Below are positions 20,851 through 48,684 of a DNA stretch of 50,004 nt, piece by piece. The position numbers and the translations under genes are program-made. The stretch is from contig NIVC01004335.1 in NCBI GenBank assembly GCA_002269645.1, forward strand, positions 1-50,004, written 5' to 3'. Position 1 is the stretch's first letter; every line of letters starts with the position of its first letter. Source of the stretch: Macrostomum lignano. Taxonomy: Eukaryota. A model generated the notes under the pieces. That model saw nothing but the letters and a program-made list of their open reading frames with translations. It was not told the origin of the DNA and searched no databases.

Positions 20851-21139
20851 TATTTCCGCTGAGAGACCGGTTCTAAACAATTATTGGAATAGAACTTCTC
20901 CTAGGCCAAGTTGCTGAGCAATTGGAGGTCACTCGGCCGTGTCCTCTGAGCATTGAATCAGCTGATTGCTCATGCCAAGGGCGTGGCATCCTCTGATAAT
21001 GATTACATTAACTCTAATTGTGTGATCCCCGTGGCTCAAGTGGGATTGTGCAAGATCCGGTTTCAAGCTTAACTATTTTAATGTGAATTGGTTTGAGTTC
21101 TAACGGAAATTGCCTCGGTTCTTTTAGTCCAGTCTACCG

Positions 21140-22100
21140 GCTGAATGACCCCATGATCTGAGGCTGAATGACCCATAATCTGAGGCTGAATGACCCCATG
21201 AACTGAGGCTGAATGACCCATGATCTGAGGCTGAATGACCCATGATCTGAGGCTGAATGACCCCATGAACTGAGGCTGAATGACCCATGATCTGAGGCTG
21301 AATGACCCATGATCTGATGCTGAATGACCCATGATCTGAGGCTGAATGACCCATGATCTGAGGCTGAATGACCCATGATCTGAGGCTGAATGACCCCATG
21401 ATCTGAGGCTGAATGACCCATGATCTGAGGCTGAATGACCCCATGATCTGAGGCTGAATGACCCCATGATCTGAAGCTGAATGACTCATGATCTGAAGCT
21501 GAATGACCCCATGATCTGAAGCTGAATGACCCATGATCTGAAGCTGAATGACCCATGATCTGATGCTGAATGAGCCATGATCTGAGGCTGAATGACCCAT
21601 GATCTGATGCTGAATGAGCCATGATCTGAAGCTGAATGACCCATGATCTGAGGCTGAATGAGCCATGATCTGAAGCTGAATAACCCATGATCTGAGGCTG
21701 AATGACCCATGATCTGATGCTGAATGACCCATGATCTGATGCTGAATGAGCCATGATCTGAGGCTGAATGACCCATGATCTGAGGCTGAATGACCCCATG
21801 ATCTGAAGCTGAATGACTCATGATCTGAAGCTGAATGACCCCATGATCTGAAGCTGAATGACCCATGATCTGAAGCTGAATGACCCATGATCTGATGCTG
21901 AATGAGCCATGATCTGAGGCTGAATGACCCATGATCTGATGCTGAATGAGCCATGATCTGAAGCTGAATGACCCATGATCTGAGGCTGAATGAGCCATGA
22001 TCTGAAGCTGAATAACCCATGATCTGAGGCTGAATGACCCATGATCTGATGCTGAATGACCCATGATCTGATGCTGAATGAGCCATGATCTGAGGTTGAA
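21140..22100. repeat. 22/23-bp minisatellite atgatctgaggctgaatgaccc
   Basis: About 43 copies; source of the spurious repetitive ORFs 21078-22125. Confidence 0.96.
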
Positions 22101-22624
22101 GGACCCTCATGACCTGGTCTCCCAAATTAGTCAGGACCCCCTCCAGTACCAGAATGCTACTACAAATGTGCTTTCTATTCTATTGAACTTACAATTACGA
22201 CCTGATTCCCCAGTGAAATTCTCCAAATAAGTGACTGTTTCAAAGATATGCTAAGCGAGCACAAATGTATGAATGAAGTAGCGTTCCACAAAAATGCCAT
22301 AAAATGCGACTGATGACAAATTTCTTGACGAAGTTCACACACCAGGTGCGATGGCAGTTGTCAAATGAGTTGGATTGTCAACTTTGACAGCCGCCACTAG
22401 CTCATCAGACTCCTTTCTTAACTTAACTTCATCAAATGTTCATCATTATCCGCAGCTGGTGTAACTCATGCTTCAACTAAAATAGATTTCTTAGCTTCGC
22501 TTGTCTTGAATAAGAGTTTGTTTAAATTGTATAAACTATAAACCATATAGATGTAGTTCATATTGTAAGCCAGCAGTTTGGCATTCCTTCCCATGCAGCT
22601 GTGGATAAATTATTTTCGCTCGGT

Positions 22625-23025
22625 TCAGCGGCATAAGCGCAAACTGGGATAAGCGCAAACTGGCATAAGCGCAAACTGGCATAAGCGCAAACTGGGATAA
22701 GCGCAAACAGGCATAAGCGCAAACTGGAATAAGCACAAACTAGGATAAGCGCAAACTGGCATAAGCGCAAACTGGCATAAGCACAAACTAGGATAATCGC
22801 AAACTGGCATTAGCGCAAACTGGCATAAGCGCAAACTGGCATAAGCGCAAACTGGGATAAGCGCAAACTGGGATAAGCGCAAACTGGGATAAGCGCAAAC
22901 TGAGATAAGCGCAAACTGGGATAAGCGCAAACTGGCATAAGCGCAAACTGGCATAAGCGCAAACTGGGATAAGCGCAAACTGGCATAAGCACAAACTGAG
23001 ATAAGCGCAAACTGGCATAAGCGCG
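22625..23025. repeat. 16-bp minisatellite ataagcgcaaactgg(c/g)
   Basis: About 25 copies. Confidence 0.95.
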
Positions 23026-23437
23026 CACTTGAAAGCACAAAATGGATTATGTTTGATATCATAGTCAGATCTTTCAAACTTTTTAAAACCCTCCAACTCC
23101 AACCAGAGAAGCCACTGGCTTGTAAGAAAATTTACACAAATTCGGCCTCTTCAAAAGATTTGCTTCATTTAGTTATTTTAATTTAACGGTAAGAAATTTC
23201 CAGATTTTCCAGATGTTGGCGCGGAGAACTGAGAAAACACCGAGCACTCATAACTCATAGGAAATGACAGAAAGTGGCGCCATACGCGGACGTACGTACA
23301 AGATATCGATCGTTCTCAGAGAGCTCTCGCAGTCAATCCATGGACTGCTAAAAGCGTTAAGCAAAGCCGGAGATAAGGACTGGCAAATTTAATTTACGAT
23401 GCATTGCAGAACTTAAACAAATTCAAGTAAATTCAAG

Positions 23438-23507
23438 CTGAGGGGGGCGCCAATTCGGGTGCTGAGGGGCGCCAATTCGGGTGCTGAGGGGCGCCAATTC
23501 GGGTGCT
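23438..23507. repeat. Three copies of the 22-bp unit gctgaggggcgccaattcgggt
   Basis: Direct inspection. Confidence 0.85.
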
Positions 23508-24024
23508 AGAAAGGTTCGCCTCCAGTCCAGAGGAAAGCGTAACCTTGTTGGCAGTCCATGACAGTCAGTTTCCCCACCTTTCCTGTTTTCCTCTCTCTCA
23601 GCTCCTTCATCCCTCAGACGGGACAGGTCAAAGCTTTTGTCGGCCCCCAGAAGTCCGAGGTCCCAGTTCCCAGCCACTTCACCCGGGGGTCGTATCTCTC
23701 ACGGGTGATTGCATGCCTAATCTATAGTAATATTCTATAAATATATGATATGCAAGTCTTTGTTCGGCATTGCTGCCAAGTCAAGTTTTTTTAGTGTGGA
23801 CATTTTGTGTTTTATTGTGTGCCAACTTATGCAATTGTGCATTCTATCAACCTAAGAGAGAGGAGATATTCTACATGAAGCATACAGAGTTTTAGTTTGT
23901 ATGTATTGGTCTTTTTGCGAGCGAACACACCCACACCCCAGGCCACTGAATTCAACTCAACTTGGGGTCTGCAAGCTCTGGCCTTTGAAACTTCGCAATA
24001 GCAAACCTGCGTTGTCACTTCTCA

Positions 24025-24330
24025 GCTCTCTTCTCTCTATATCTCCCTTCTTCTCTCCCCTCTGATCCATCCTCTCCTCTCCTCTCTCCTCTCCTCTCCT
24101 CTCTCCTCTCCTCTCTGCTCTGCTCTCTCCTCTCTCCTCTCCTCTCTCCTCTCCTCTCCTCTCCTCTCCTCTCCTCTCCTCTCCTCTCCTCTCCTCTCCT
24201 CTCCTCTCCTCTCCTCTCTCTCTCCTCCCCTCTCCTCTCTCCTCTCTCCTCTCTTCTCCTCTCTTCTCCTCTCCTCTCCTCTCTCCTCTCCTCTCTGATC
24301 TCCTCGTTCCTCTCTCTCTTCTTCTCTTCC
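24025..24330. repeat. (CTCCT)n/(CT)n polypyrimidine microsatellite
   Basis: Nearly pure C/T tract. Confidence 0.95.
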
Positions 24331-24844
24331 TTTCATGTCGTAGGCCTTTAACAATATATATTTACATTGAAATTATGAAAATTATGTTTTTTTAACTCGT
24401 AATCCAACGTAGAGAAACAATGGGCTTTATCTAATTAGTCATCCAGTCACCTTTACTCGAAAATGATGCGCCTGGCAACCGGCCGGACGAGTTTATACGA
24501 GGAGTCAGGACCAGCCAATATGTCTCAGATACTTCTATAATCCCATGCTTTTGTTCCATAACTGGATTAATAAGCGCTGGGCCCGTTGAGTCAAAAAATT
24601 CGGGTTGGCACCCTCTGGCCTGGCAACGGGGATTCCATTTTCGAATTTATTTTTTTACAAACTGTGAAGCTCGAGGGCATTTTTAGCGCATCCAGCAATA
24701 CTGAGCAAAGTGGAAAATGTGTGAAAATGACAATTAGGAATAATTGAGCAACTTGGGTCACGAAGTCAAGTTTTAATAACTTGGTTTGCGAATTAGCATT
24801 TCTTTGTTTTGTGGCCCACCTGAATAAGCGGTGAACTCTTGGTT

Positions 24845-26388
24845 CCATCCGCTCCCACTGATATCCGCCCTTTCCTACCCGCTCCCACCGATATCCGCCC
24901 CTTCCTACCCACTCCCCCACCGATATCCGCCCCTTCCTACCCACTCACCCACCGATATCCGCCCTTCCTACCCGCTCACCCACCGATATCCGCCCTTCCT
25001 ACCCGCTCACCCACCGATATCAGCCCCTTCCTACCCACTCACCCACCGATATCCGCCCTTCCTACCCGCTCACCCACCGATATCAGCCCCTTCCTACCCA
25101 CTCACCCACCGATATCCGCCCCTTCCTACCCACTCACCCACCGATATCCGCCCTTCCTACCCGCTCCCACAGATATCCGCCCAATTCACACCCGCTCCCA
25201 CCGATATCCGCCCCTTCACACCCACTCCAACCGATATCCGCCCCTTCACACCCGCTCCCACCGATATCCGCCCCTTCTCACCAGCTTTCACCGATATCCG
25301 CCCCTTCACACCCGCTCCCACCGATATCCGCCCCTTCACACCCGCTCCCACCGATATCCGCCCCATCACACCCGCTCCCACCGATATCCGCCCCTTCACA
25401 CCCGCTCCCACCGATATCCGCCCCTTCTCACCAGCTTTCACCGATATCCGCCCCTTCACACCCGCTCCCACCGATATCCGCCCCTTCACACCCACTCCCA
25501 CCGATATCCGCCCCTTCACACCCGCTCCAACCGATATCCGCCCCTTCACACCAGCTTTCACCGATATCTGCCCCTTCCTACCCGCTCCCACCGATATCCG
25601 CCCCTTCCTACCCGCTCCCACCGATATCTGCCCCTTCCTACCCGCTCCCACCGATATCTGCCCCTTCCTACCCGCTCCCACCGATATCCACCCCTTCACA
25701 CCCACTCCCACCGATATCTGCCCCTTCCTACCCGCTCCCACCGATATCTGCCCCTTCCTACCCGCTCCCACCGATATCTGCCCCTTCCTACCCGCTCCCA
25801 CCAATATCCGCCCCTTCACACCCACTCCCACCGATATCTGCCCCTTCCTACCCGCTCCCACCGATATCCGCCCCTTCACACCCACTCCCACCGATATCTG
25901 CCCCTTCCTACCCGCTCCCACCGATATCTGTCCCTTCCTACCCGCTCCCACCGATATCTGTCCCTTCCTACCCGCTCCCACGATATCCGCCCCTTCCCAC
26001 CAGATCCCACCGATATCCGCCCCTTCCTACCCGCTCCCACCGATATCCACCCCTTCCTACCCGCTCCCACCGATATCCACCCCTTCCTACCCGCTCCCAC
26101 CGATATCTGCCCCTTCCTACCCGCTCCCACCGATATCTGTCCCTTCCTACCCGCTCCCACCGATATCTGCCCCTTCCTACCCGCTCCCACCGATATCCGC
26201 CCCTTCACACCCACTCCCACCGATATCTGTCCCTTCCTACCCGCTCCCACCGATATCTGCCCCTTCCTACCCACTCCCACCGATATCTGCCCCTTCCTAC
26301 CCGCTCCCACCGATATCTGTCCCTTCCTACCCGCTCCCACGATATCCGCCCCTTCCCACCAGATCCCACCGATATCCGCCCCTTCCTG
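24845..26388. repeat. 30-bp C-rich minisatellite ccgatatccgccccttcctacccgctccca
   Basis: About 51 copies with regional variant blocks (ttcaca vs ttccta; atcc vs atct). Confidence 0.97.
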
Positions 26389-27164
26389 AAAAACATAGAA
26401 ACCAGTAAAATTACATGTAGCAAAAATTCCCGAGAAAAGACAAGGTGGCCGGAAACGAGTGAGGGACACAAAGGCATTTCAAGAATATATAGGGTTTTTT
26501 ACGGGTAAGGCCACCGGTCACTGACTCAGCAAGCAGTTCTGCTTTCCAGCTTTTTTTATTCCCATGCTAAAAATCTGCTTCTGTTGCAATAAGTTACAAC
26601 TGGATAGAGTTCACTTTGATGAAAGACGTATGAAATGGCAGGCCATGCACCCACCCCCGCCGCTGCCGCCGCCGCCGCCGCCGCCTCAGTCCTTCGAAAA
26701 TTTATCTTGGCCTAGTTGAAGAGCAAGAGTAAAGCTCTTATACAAAATGAAACTTGGCGCTCACCGATATCTCTGCAATTATTTGATAAATACTTTATTA
26801 TTCATCACTATCTGACAGTCGATTTTTATTTGTGATAATTTGGCAATATTGAATTACAAGGGGGAGGAGTCCGTTTTCCGGGACAGGGTCCAACCGAGCT
26901 CTCTCTCTACCAGCCGTAACTGAAAGCTCTCTGCAACCCAACTCTGCAATTGCTTCCTGGTTCCTGCATTTAGCGGGTGGCGCCTCCTACGAGTTCGATA
27001 TCGAGTTTCGAACCCGAGAAAGGGGAAAAAACTAACGAGAACAGTTATTAGACAGTTTAGAGCGATTCCCCCAAGAATTTACGAGCCTTGAACAAGATGC
27101 TGTGGAATCTGTGGATTCAGATTGTGACAAGGATAAGAGAAAAAAGGTGAAAAGTGAAAAGGGA

Positions 27165-28123
27165 AAATGAATCAGAAGCTGACACAGACAGAGACAACGG
27201 AGAGTCAGGAGAAGATGACACAGACAGAGACAGGGGAGAGTCAGGAGAAGCTGACACAGACAGAGACAGGGGAGAGTCAGGAGAAGCTGACACAGACAGA
27301 GACAGGGGAGAGTCAGGAGAAGCTGACACAGACAGAGACAGGGGGAGAGTCAGGAGAAGATGACACAGACAGAGACAGGGGAGAGTCAGGAGAAGCTGAC
27401 ACAGACAGAGACAGGGGAGAGTCAGGAGAAACTGACACAGACAGAGACAGGGGAGAGTCAGGAGAAACTGACACAGACAGAGACAGGGGAGAGTCAGGAG
27501 AAGCTGAAACAGACAGAGACAGGGGGAGAGTCAGGAGAAGCTGACACAGACAGAGACAGGGGGAGAGTCAGGAGAAGCTGAAACAGACAGAGACAGGGGG
27601 AGAGTCAGGAGAAGCTGACACAGACAGTGACAGGGGGAGAGTCAGGAGAAGCTGACACAGACAGAGACAGGGGAGAGTCAGGAGAAGCTGACACAGACAG
27701 AGACAACGGAGAGTCAGGAGAAGCTGACACAGACAGAGACAGGGGGAGAGTCAGGAGAAGATGACACAGACAGAGACAGGGGGAGAGTCAGGAGAAACTG
27801 ACACAGACAGAGACAGGGGAGAGTCAGGAGAAGCTGACACAGACAGAGACAGGGGGAGAGTCAGGAGAAGCTGAAACAGACAGAGACAGGGGAGAGTCAG
27901 GAGAAGCTGACACAGACAGAGACAGGGGAGAGTCAGGAGAAGCTGAAACAGACAGAGACAGGGGGAGAGTCAGGAGAAGCTGACACAGACAGAGACAGGG
28001 GAGAGTCAGGAGAAGCTGACACAGACAGAGACAGGGGAGAGTCAGGAGAAGCTGACACAGACAGAGACAGGGGAAGAGTCAGGAGAAACTGACACAGACA
28101 GACACAGGGAGAGTCAGGAGAAG
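27165..28123. repeat. 36/37-bp purine-rich minisatellite gacacagacagagacaggggagagtcaggagaagct
   Basis: About 26 copies. Confidence 0.96.
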
Positions 28124-28639
28124 GTGGTTAGTCAAACAGCCCAAGGGCAACCATACACAGTATTACACCGTATTTAGTCACCCTAAGGCGCTCTCTGACT
28201 TCTTTCACCACTTCAAAGGGTCTCGCGTGAAGTGAAACTGCATGCTTTCTTTCCCTGACACGAATTAGATGTAGAAGCAATATTGGTTTTTAAACTTTAC
28301 TGTAAATCGAGTTTAGCTGGGCTCTTTGTTTTACATCGAAATTCGGTCAACACTCCAAATCCACTCTGACCATGACTCGCCCTCGTTTATCTCTGCTCAT
28401 CCAGCTGTAGCCATTGGAATTGCACAATAGCCGCTTGAAATTGCCTAACTGAGCCCCAGACTGCCACAGGGCCATGTTGAATGCTCCGAATCCGAACGCA
28501 CGCAAAATTTAGGCAAGTCTAAACATGTCCTCATACAGTTTTAAGGAAAACATTTTTTGACTCATACTGTCACTACATTTACAAGATGGCATTCAATTTG
28601 AACAAAGAGAATCCAAAATTCATTTTGTATATACTCTAT

Positions 28640-29850
28640 TGGTCATAAACAGTTTGGTTGACCACATGGACACTTTGGTTTGGTCATAGACTATGGACAG
28701 TTTGGATTGGTCATAAACAGTTTGGGTCATAGACAGTTTGGATCACAGACAGTTTGGGTCATCGACAGTTTGGATCACAGACAGTTTTGGGTCATACACA
28801 GTTTGGATCACAGACAGTTTGGATCACAGACAGTTTGAGTCATACACAGTTTGGATCACAAACAGTTTGGTTGACCACATGGACACTTTGGTTTGATCAT
28901 AGACTACGGACAGTTTGGATCACAGACAGTTTTGGGTCATACACAGTTTGGATCACAGACAGTTTGGATCACAGACAGTTTGAGTCATACACAGTTTGGA
29001 TCACAAACAGTTTGGTTGACCACATGGACACTTTGGTTTGATCATAGACTACGGACAGTTTGGATTGGTCATAAACAGTTTGGGTCATAGACAGTTTGGA
29101 TCACAGACAGTTTGGGTCATAGACAGTTTGGATCACAGACAGTTTTGGGTCATACACAGTTTGGATCACAGACAGTTTGGATCACAGACAGTTTGGGTCA
29201 TACACAATTTGGATCACAAACAGTTTTGGTCACAGACAGTTTGTGTCATAGACAGTTTGGGTCATAGACAGTTTGTGTCATAGACAGTTTGTGTCATAGA
29301 CAGATTGGGTCATAGACAGTTTGTGTCATAGACAGTTTGTGTCATAGACAGTTTGGGTCATAGACAGTTTGGGTCATGGACAGTTTGGGTCATAGACAGT
29401 TAGGGTCATAGACAGTTTGGGTCATAGACAGATTGGGTCATAGAAAGTTTGTGTCATAGACAGTTTGGGTCATAGAAAGTTTGTGTCATAGACAGTTTGG
29501 GTCATAGACAGTTTGGGTCATAGACAGTTTGGGTCATAGACAGTTTGGGTCATAGACAGATTGGGTCATAGAAAGCTTGTGTCATAGACAGTTTGGGTCA
29601 TAGACAGTTTGGGTCATAGAAAGATTGGGTCATAGACAGTTTGTGTCATAGACAGGCTGGGTCATGGACAGTTCAGGTCATAGACAGTTTGGGTCATAGA
29701 CAGTTTGGGTCACAGACTTGGGTCATAGACAGTTTGGGTCACAGACTTGGGTCATAGACAGTTTGGGTCACAGACTTGGGTCATAGACAGTTTGGGTCAC
29801 AGACTTGGGTCATAGACAGTTTGGGTCATAGAAAAGTTGGGTCATATACA
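28640..29850. repeat. 16-bp minisatellite gggtcatagacagttt with a ~145-bp higher-order duplication at its 5' end
   Basis: Monomer period 16; the block containing ggttgaccacatggacactttgg recurs at ~28655, 28870 and 29015. Confidence 0.95.
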
Positions 29851-30564
29851 GTTTAAGTATAAATTGAGAAACGAAGTGCATGTGAGGGAGATAATTACTT
29901 TTGCGTATAATAATCAAAACAATTCAATAAAATTACTGACGGATTGTTATATTTCATATCAAACAGAACTTTATCAAGCAAGTTCGAGCACATAGCAGGC
30001 CCTGTGCTGTGAACAGTCAGCCATATTTTTTCAGTTTTGCTCTCACAGAAGACAGGGACAAAGGAGTCTGTGCCGGCAATTTGCTTCCTGCATCGCCGGG
30101 GCGGCGCACTTTTGAGCGAACAGCTGTTCGAAATTTAAAGTGCACCGGGGGCGGTGACTCATAAAAGGGGAGAGACAATGCAGGTAGAGGATGTGGCAGG
30201 CCTTTCGGGTCATAGACAGTTGGGAAAGCTTGGGAAAGCGTTTTAGAGGCACGTTGAAAAAAATCTCAGTGTTTGCATTGAACCGGTTTTATGGCCCCGC
30301 CACTAGGCTTGCGTGTGGGAACTTGGGGGGGGGGTTAAAAGCTCTTTGCATTTGCAAACCTCATCGCGTCTGTGTTTCAATGCGAGCAGTAAAACGCCAG
30401 TATGACTCAAATTTTAGGTGATATTTCGGGATGCGCAACAATACTCGTTGAGCGATATTATTCGATGTTTATTGGTCAAAAAAGAACGAACTTAATGTAT
30501 CTGATTGAAAGGCATGGGCAGCTGTTTGCGGTCTGGCTGTCAGTTCTGTGACACCCGAGACTCC

Positions 30565-30755
30565 GAGAGTCCAGTCAAAGTCCCAGTCCCAGTCCCAGTC
30601 CCAGTCCCAGTCCCAGTCCCAGTCCCAGTCCCAGTCCCAGTCCCAGTGTCAGTCCCAGTCTCAGTCCCAGTCTCAGTCCCAGTCCCAGTCCCAGTCCCAG
30701 TCCCAGTCCCAGTCCCAGTCCCAGTCCCAGTCCCAGTCCCAGTTCCAGTCCAAGT

Positions 30756-30789
<34 letters not shown>

Positions 30790-30790
30790 T
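30565..30790. repeat. (AGTCCC)n hexanucleotide microsatellite
   Basis: About 36 copies. Confidence 0.97.
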
Positions 30791-31161
30791 TTTGTCTTGT
30801 CTGGGAAGGCAAGGTTACGTTCGAATCGATGCAATGCATCGTGAACCTCAGAGATGGGGTGCGGTGCGGGGGTTGGCGGGTGCTTTCAGACTCGTTGGTA
30901 TCATTTACAATGCAAAACTTATTTTCAAAATACCTTATTGCTCATTTGGGAAGTGGAATCTGCTGAACTGGGATGGAGTTTGGAGACTACTGCAAGCGTT
31001 TTTTGGTTTCCGCTTCATCAATTCTGAGTTTTTGTAATTTTTCCAGGGTTTCCCTGAGTCCCAGTTGTTGGCCAAGGTCGGTAGGTATGCTCCCCTCCTG
31101 GTTTTGGCAAATTTTATTCAACAATGATGCATTCTACTTTACGCGTATTGTCTGTTTTTTG

Positions 31162-33583
31162 TAGACTGTGGGATATCACCTGTTAGACTGTGGGATATCA
31201 CCTGTTAGACTGTGGGATATCACCTGTTAGACTGTGGGATATCACCTGTTAGACTGTGGGATATCACCTGTTAGACTGTGGGATATCACCTGTTAGACTG
31301 TGGGATATCACCTGTTAGACTGTGGGATATCACCTGTTAGACTGTGGGATATCACCTGTTAGACTGTGGGATATCACCTGTTAGACTGTGGGATATCACC
31401 TGTTAGACTGTGGGATATCACCTGTTAGACTGTGGGATATCACCTGTTAGACTGTGGAATATCACCTGTTAGACTGTGAAATATCACCTGTTAGACTGTG
31501 GGATATCACCTGTTAGACTGTGGAATATCACCTGTTAGACTGTGGGATATCACCTGTTAGACTGTGGAATATCACCTGTTAGACTGTGGGATATCACCTG
31601 TTAGACTGTGGGATATCACCTGTTAGACTGTGGGATATCACCTGTTAGACTGTGGGATATCACCTGTTAGACTGTGGGATATCACCTGTTAGACTGTGGG
31701 ATATCACCTGTTAGACTGTGGGATATCACCTGTTAGACTGTGGGATATCACCTGTTAGACTGTGGGATATCACCTGTTAGACTGTGGGATATCACCTGTT
31801 AGACTGTGGAATATCACCTGTTAGACTGTGGGATATCACCTGTTAGACTGTGGAATATCACCTGTTAGACTGTGGGATATCACCTGTTAGACTGTGGGAT
31901 ATCACCTGTTAGACTGTGGGATATCACCTGTTAGACTGTGGAATATCACCTGTTAGACTGTGGAATATCACCTGTTAGACTGTGAAATATCACCTGTTAG
32001 ACTGTGGGATATCACCTGTTAGACTGTGGGATATCACCTGTTAGACTGTGGGATATCACCTGTTAGACTGTGGAATATCACCTGTTAGACTGTGGAATAT
32101 CACCTGTTAGACTGTGGAATATCACCTGTTAGACTGTGGGATATCACCTGTTAGACTGTGGGATATCACCTGTTAGACTGTGGAATATCACCTGTTAGAC
32201 TGTGGGATATCACCTGTTAGACTGTGGAATATCACCTGTTAGACTGTGGAATATCACCTGTTAGACTGTGGGATATCACCTGTTAGACTGTGGGATATCA
32301 CCTGTTAGACTGTGGGATATCACCTGTTAGACTGTGGGATATCACCTGTTAGACTGTGGAATATCACCTGTTAGACTGTGGAATATCACCTGTTAGACTG
32401 TGGGATATCACCTGTTAGACTGTGGGATATCACCTGTTAGACTGTGGGATATCACCTGTTAGACTGTGGGATATCACCTGTTAGACTGTGGAATATCACC
32501 TGTTAGACTGTGGAATATCACCTGTTAGACTGTGGAATATCACCTGTTAGACTGTGGGATATCACCTGTTAGACTGTGGAATATCACCTGTTAGACTGTG
32601 GGATATCACCTGTTAGACTGTGGGATATCACCTGTTAGACTGTGGGATATCACCTGTTAGACTGTGGGATATCACCTGTTAGACTGTGGGATATCACCTG
32701 TTAGACTGTGGGATATCACCTGTTAGACTGTGGAATATCACCTGTTAGACTGTGGAATATCACCTGTTAGACTGTGGAATATCACCTGTTAGACTGTGGG
32801 ATATCACCTGTTAGACTGTGGGATATCACCTGTTAGACTGTGGGATATCACCTGTTAGACTGTGGGATATCACCTGTTAGACTGTGGAATATCACCTGTT
32901 AGACTGTGGGATATCACCTGTTAGACTGTGGAATATCACCTGTTAGACTGTGGAATATCACCTGTTAGACTGTGGAATATCACCTGTTAGACTGTGGGAT
33001 ATCACCTGTTAGACTGTGGGATATCACCTGTTAGACTGTGGGATATCACCTGTTAGACTGTGGGATATCACCTGTTAGACTGTGGAATATCACCTGTTAG
33101 ACTGTGGGATATCACCTGTTAGACTGTGGGATATCACCTGTTAGACTGTGGGATATCACCTGTTAGACTGTGGAATATCACCTGTTAGACTGTGGGATAT
33201 CACCTGTTAGACTGTGGGATATCACCTGTTAGACTGTGGGATATCACCTGTTAGACTGTGGAATATCACCTGTTAGACTGTGGGATATCACCTGTTAGAC
33301 TGTGGGATATCACCTGTTAGACTGTGGGATATCACCTGTTAGACTGTGGATATCATCTGTTAGACTCCAGGAGTTCACCTGTTAGATTCCAGGACAATCA
33401 CCTGTTAGATTCCAGAAATTCACCTGTTAGATTTCAGGAATTCCCCTGTTAGATTCCAGGAATTCACCTGTTAGATTCCAGGAATTCACCTGTTAGATTC
33501 CAGGAGTTCACCTGTTAGATACCAGGAGTTCATCTGTTAGATTCCAGGAGTTCACCTGTTAGATTCCAGGAGTTCACCTGTTT
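31162..33583. repeat. Homogeneous 22-bp satellite tagactgtgg(g/a)atatcacctgt (~100 copies) plus a diverged 3' subarray ttagattccaggagttcacctg
   Basis: Period 22 measured from 31162 to 31184; the unit changes at ~33350. Confidence 0.98.
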
Positions 33584-34237
33584 AGGGGAGTCGGAACACA
33601 GGAAGCAGACTGGCATTATTCAGTAAAAAACTTGGTCAGCGCACTTCATTTCCAAGTGCAGCCCTCAATCTAGCAAGCGGTGCATTCGTCCTGCTAAAAT
33701 TGAATCAATCTCTTTGTGCTTTAAGCCTGAACATTCTGAAAGGCGACCAGCAGAAATATAAAGCTAATATCAATTTTATATCCCCAACCTGGCCAGGCAG
33801 CAGGTGTTGCTTGGCCGGCTGCTCCATCGATATTAATCTCCCAAAAACAGATCAAAGGACGCGTGCCGCACCGCTACCGCGCCAGAAAATGTCGTCGCAG
33901 TGGTTGAAATAAAAACTCAATATCATCACCCAAGCGACAAAAAGAAGCCGCGCGGCGCCCCCAATAAAAATTTATCGCAACCCCCCGAATCTCGGCTGTT
34001 TATTTTACGAGTAATGTCCAAACTACTCTACTGGTAGTAGGAGAAAAAGCGTATCCTACAAAAAAAATTATTTTTGTTTCTAATTAAATGAGACTTATTT
34101 TTGCGGAAAATTCAATAAACAATGCACTGAACTCTGGAGGCAGGAGTGGCCAGGTTTAGATGAGGTTATTAGGGTGCTGACTGGCTATTTAGATTGCCAA
34201 CATTTACGGCTCCACTTTGACTCCGACTTTCCACTCT

Positions 34238-34394
<157 letters not shown>

Positions 34395-34651
34395 CTTTCA
34401 TATTGAGAAGTCGCTAAGGTCACTCGCGGTGTCAGGGGGTGAATATCAGCCTGAGAGCATTTCCCCCCATTTTGAGTTACCTGAACATGTTAAGCAGACC
34501 AACTGGATTCGCTGTTTCATTGAATCACTTTATCTTATCTAGGTTGAGCAGATCAGACAAATAGTTGAGGCGGCATGTGGCGGAGCTGTTGGTTTCCAGG
34601 TTTTACTGGTCTTTCCCAGAGTTTGAACTGCTGCAAACAGGTTCAGTTTAG

Positions 34652-48593
<13,942 letters not shown>

Positions 48594-48684
48594 TTTAATT
48601 AACCTCGATAGACTACTTAGACAGTGAATATGCGCGTTCTGCAATGTGGTACTTCGAAATTTTATTTTAGTTCGGCTTTCTTTG

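Noticed and set aside
20155-20917. Overlapping ORFs around the HES gene and its promoter
   Set aside because: GC-rich shadow ORFs with no motifs; only the bHLH-WRPW frame is supported.
21078-31037. Long ORFs such as 21124-22125, 24831-26408, 25157-25981, 27154-27581 and 30505-30966
   Set aside because: They are translations of stop-free minisatellite or microsatellite units, open in several frames and on both strands.
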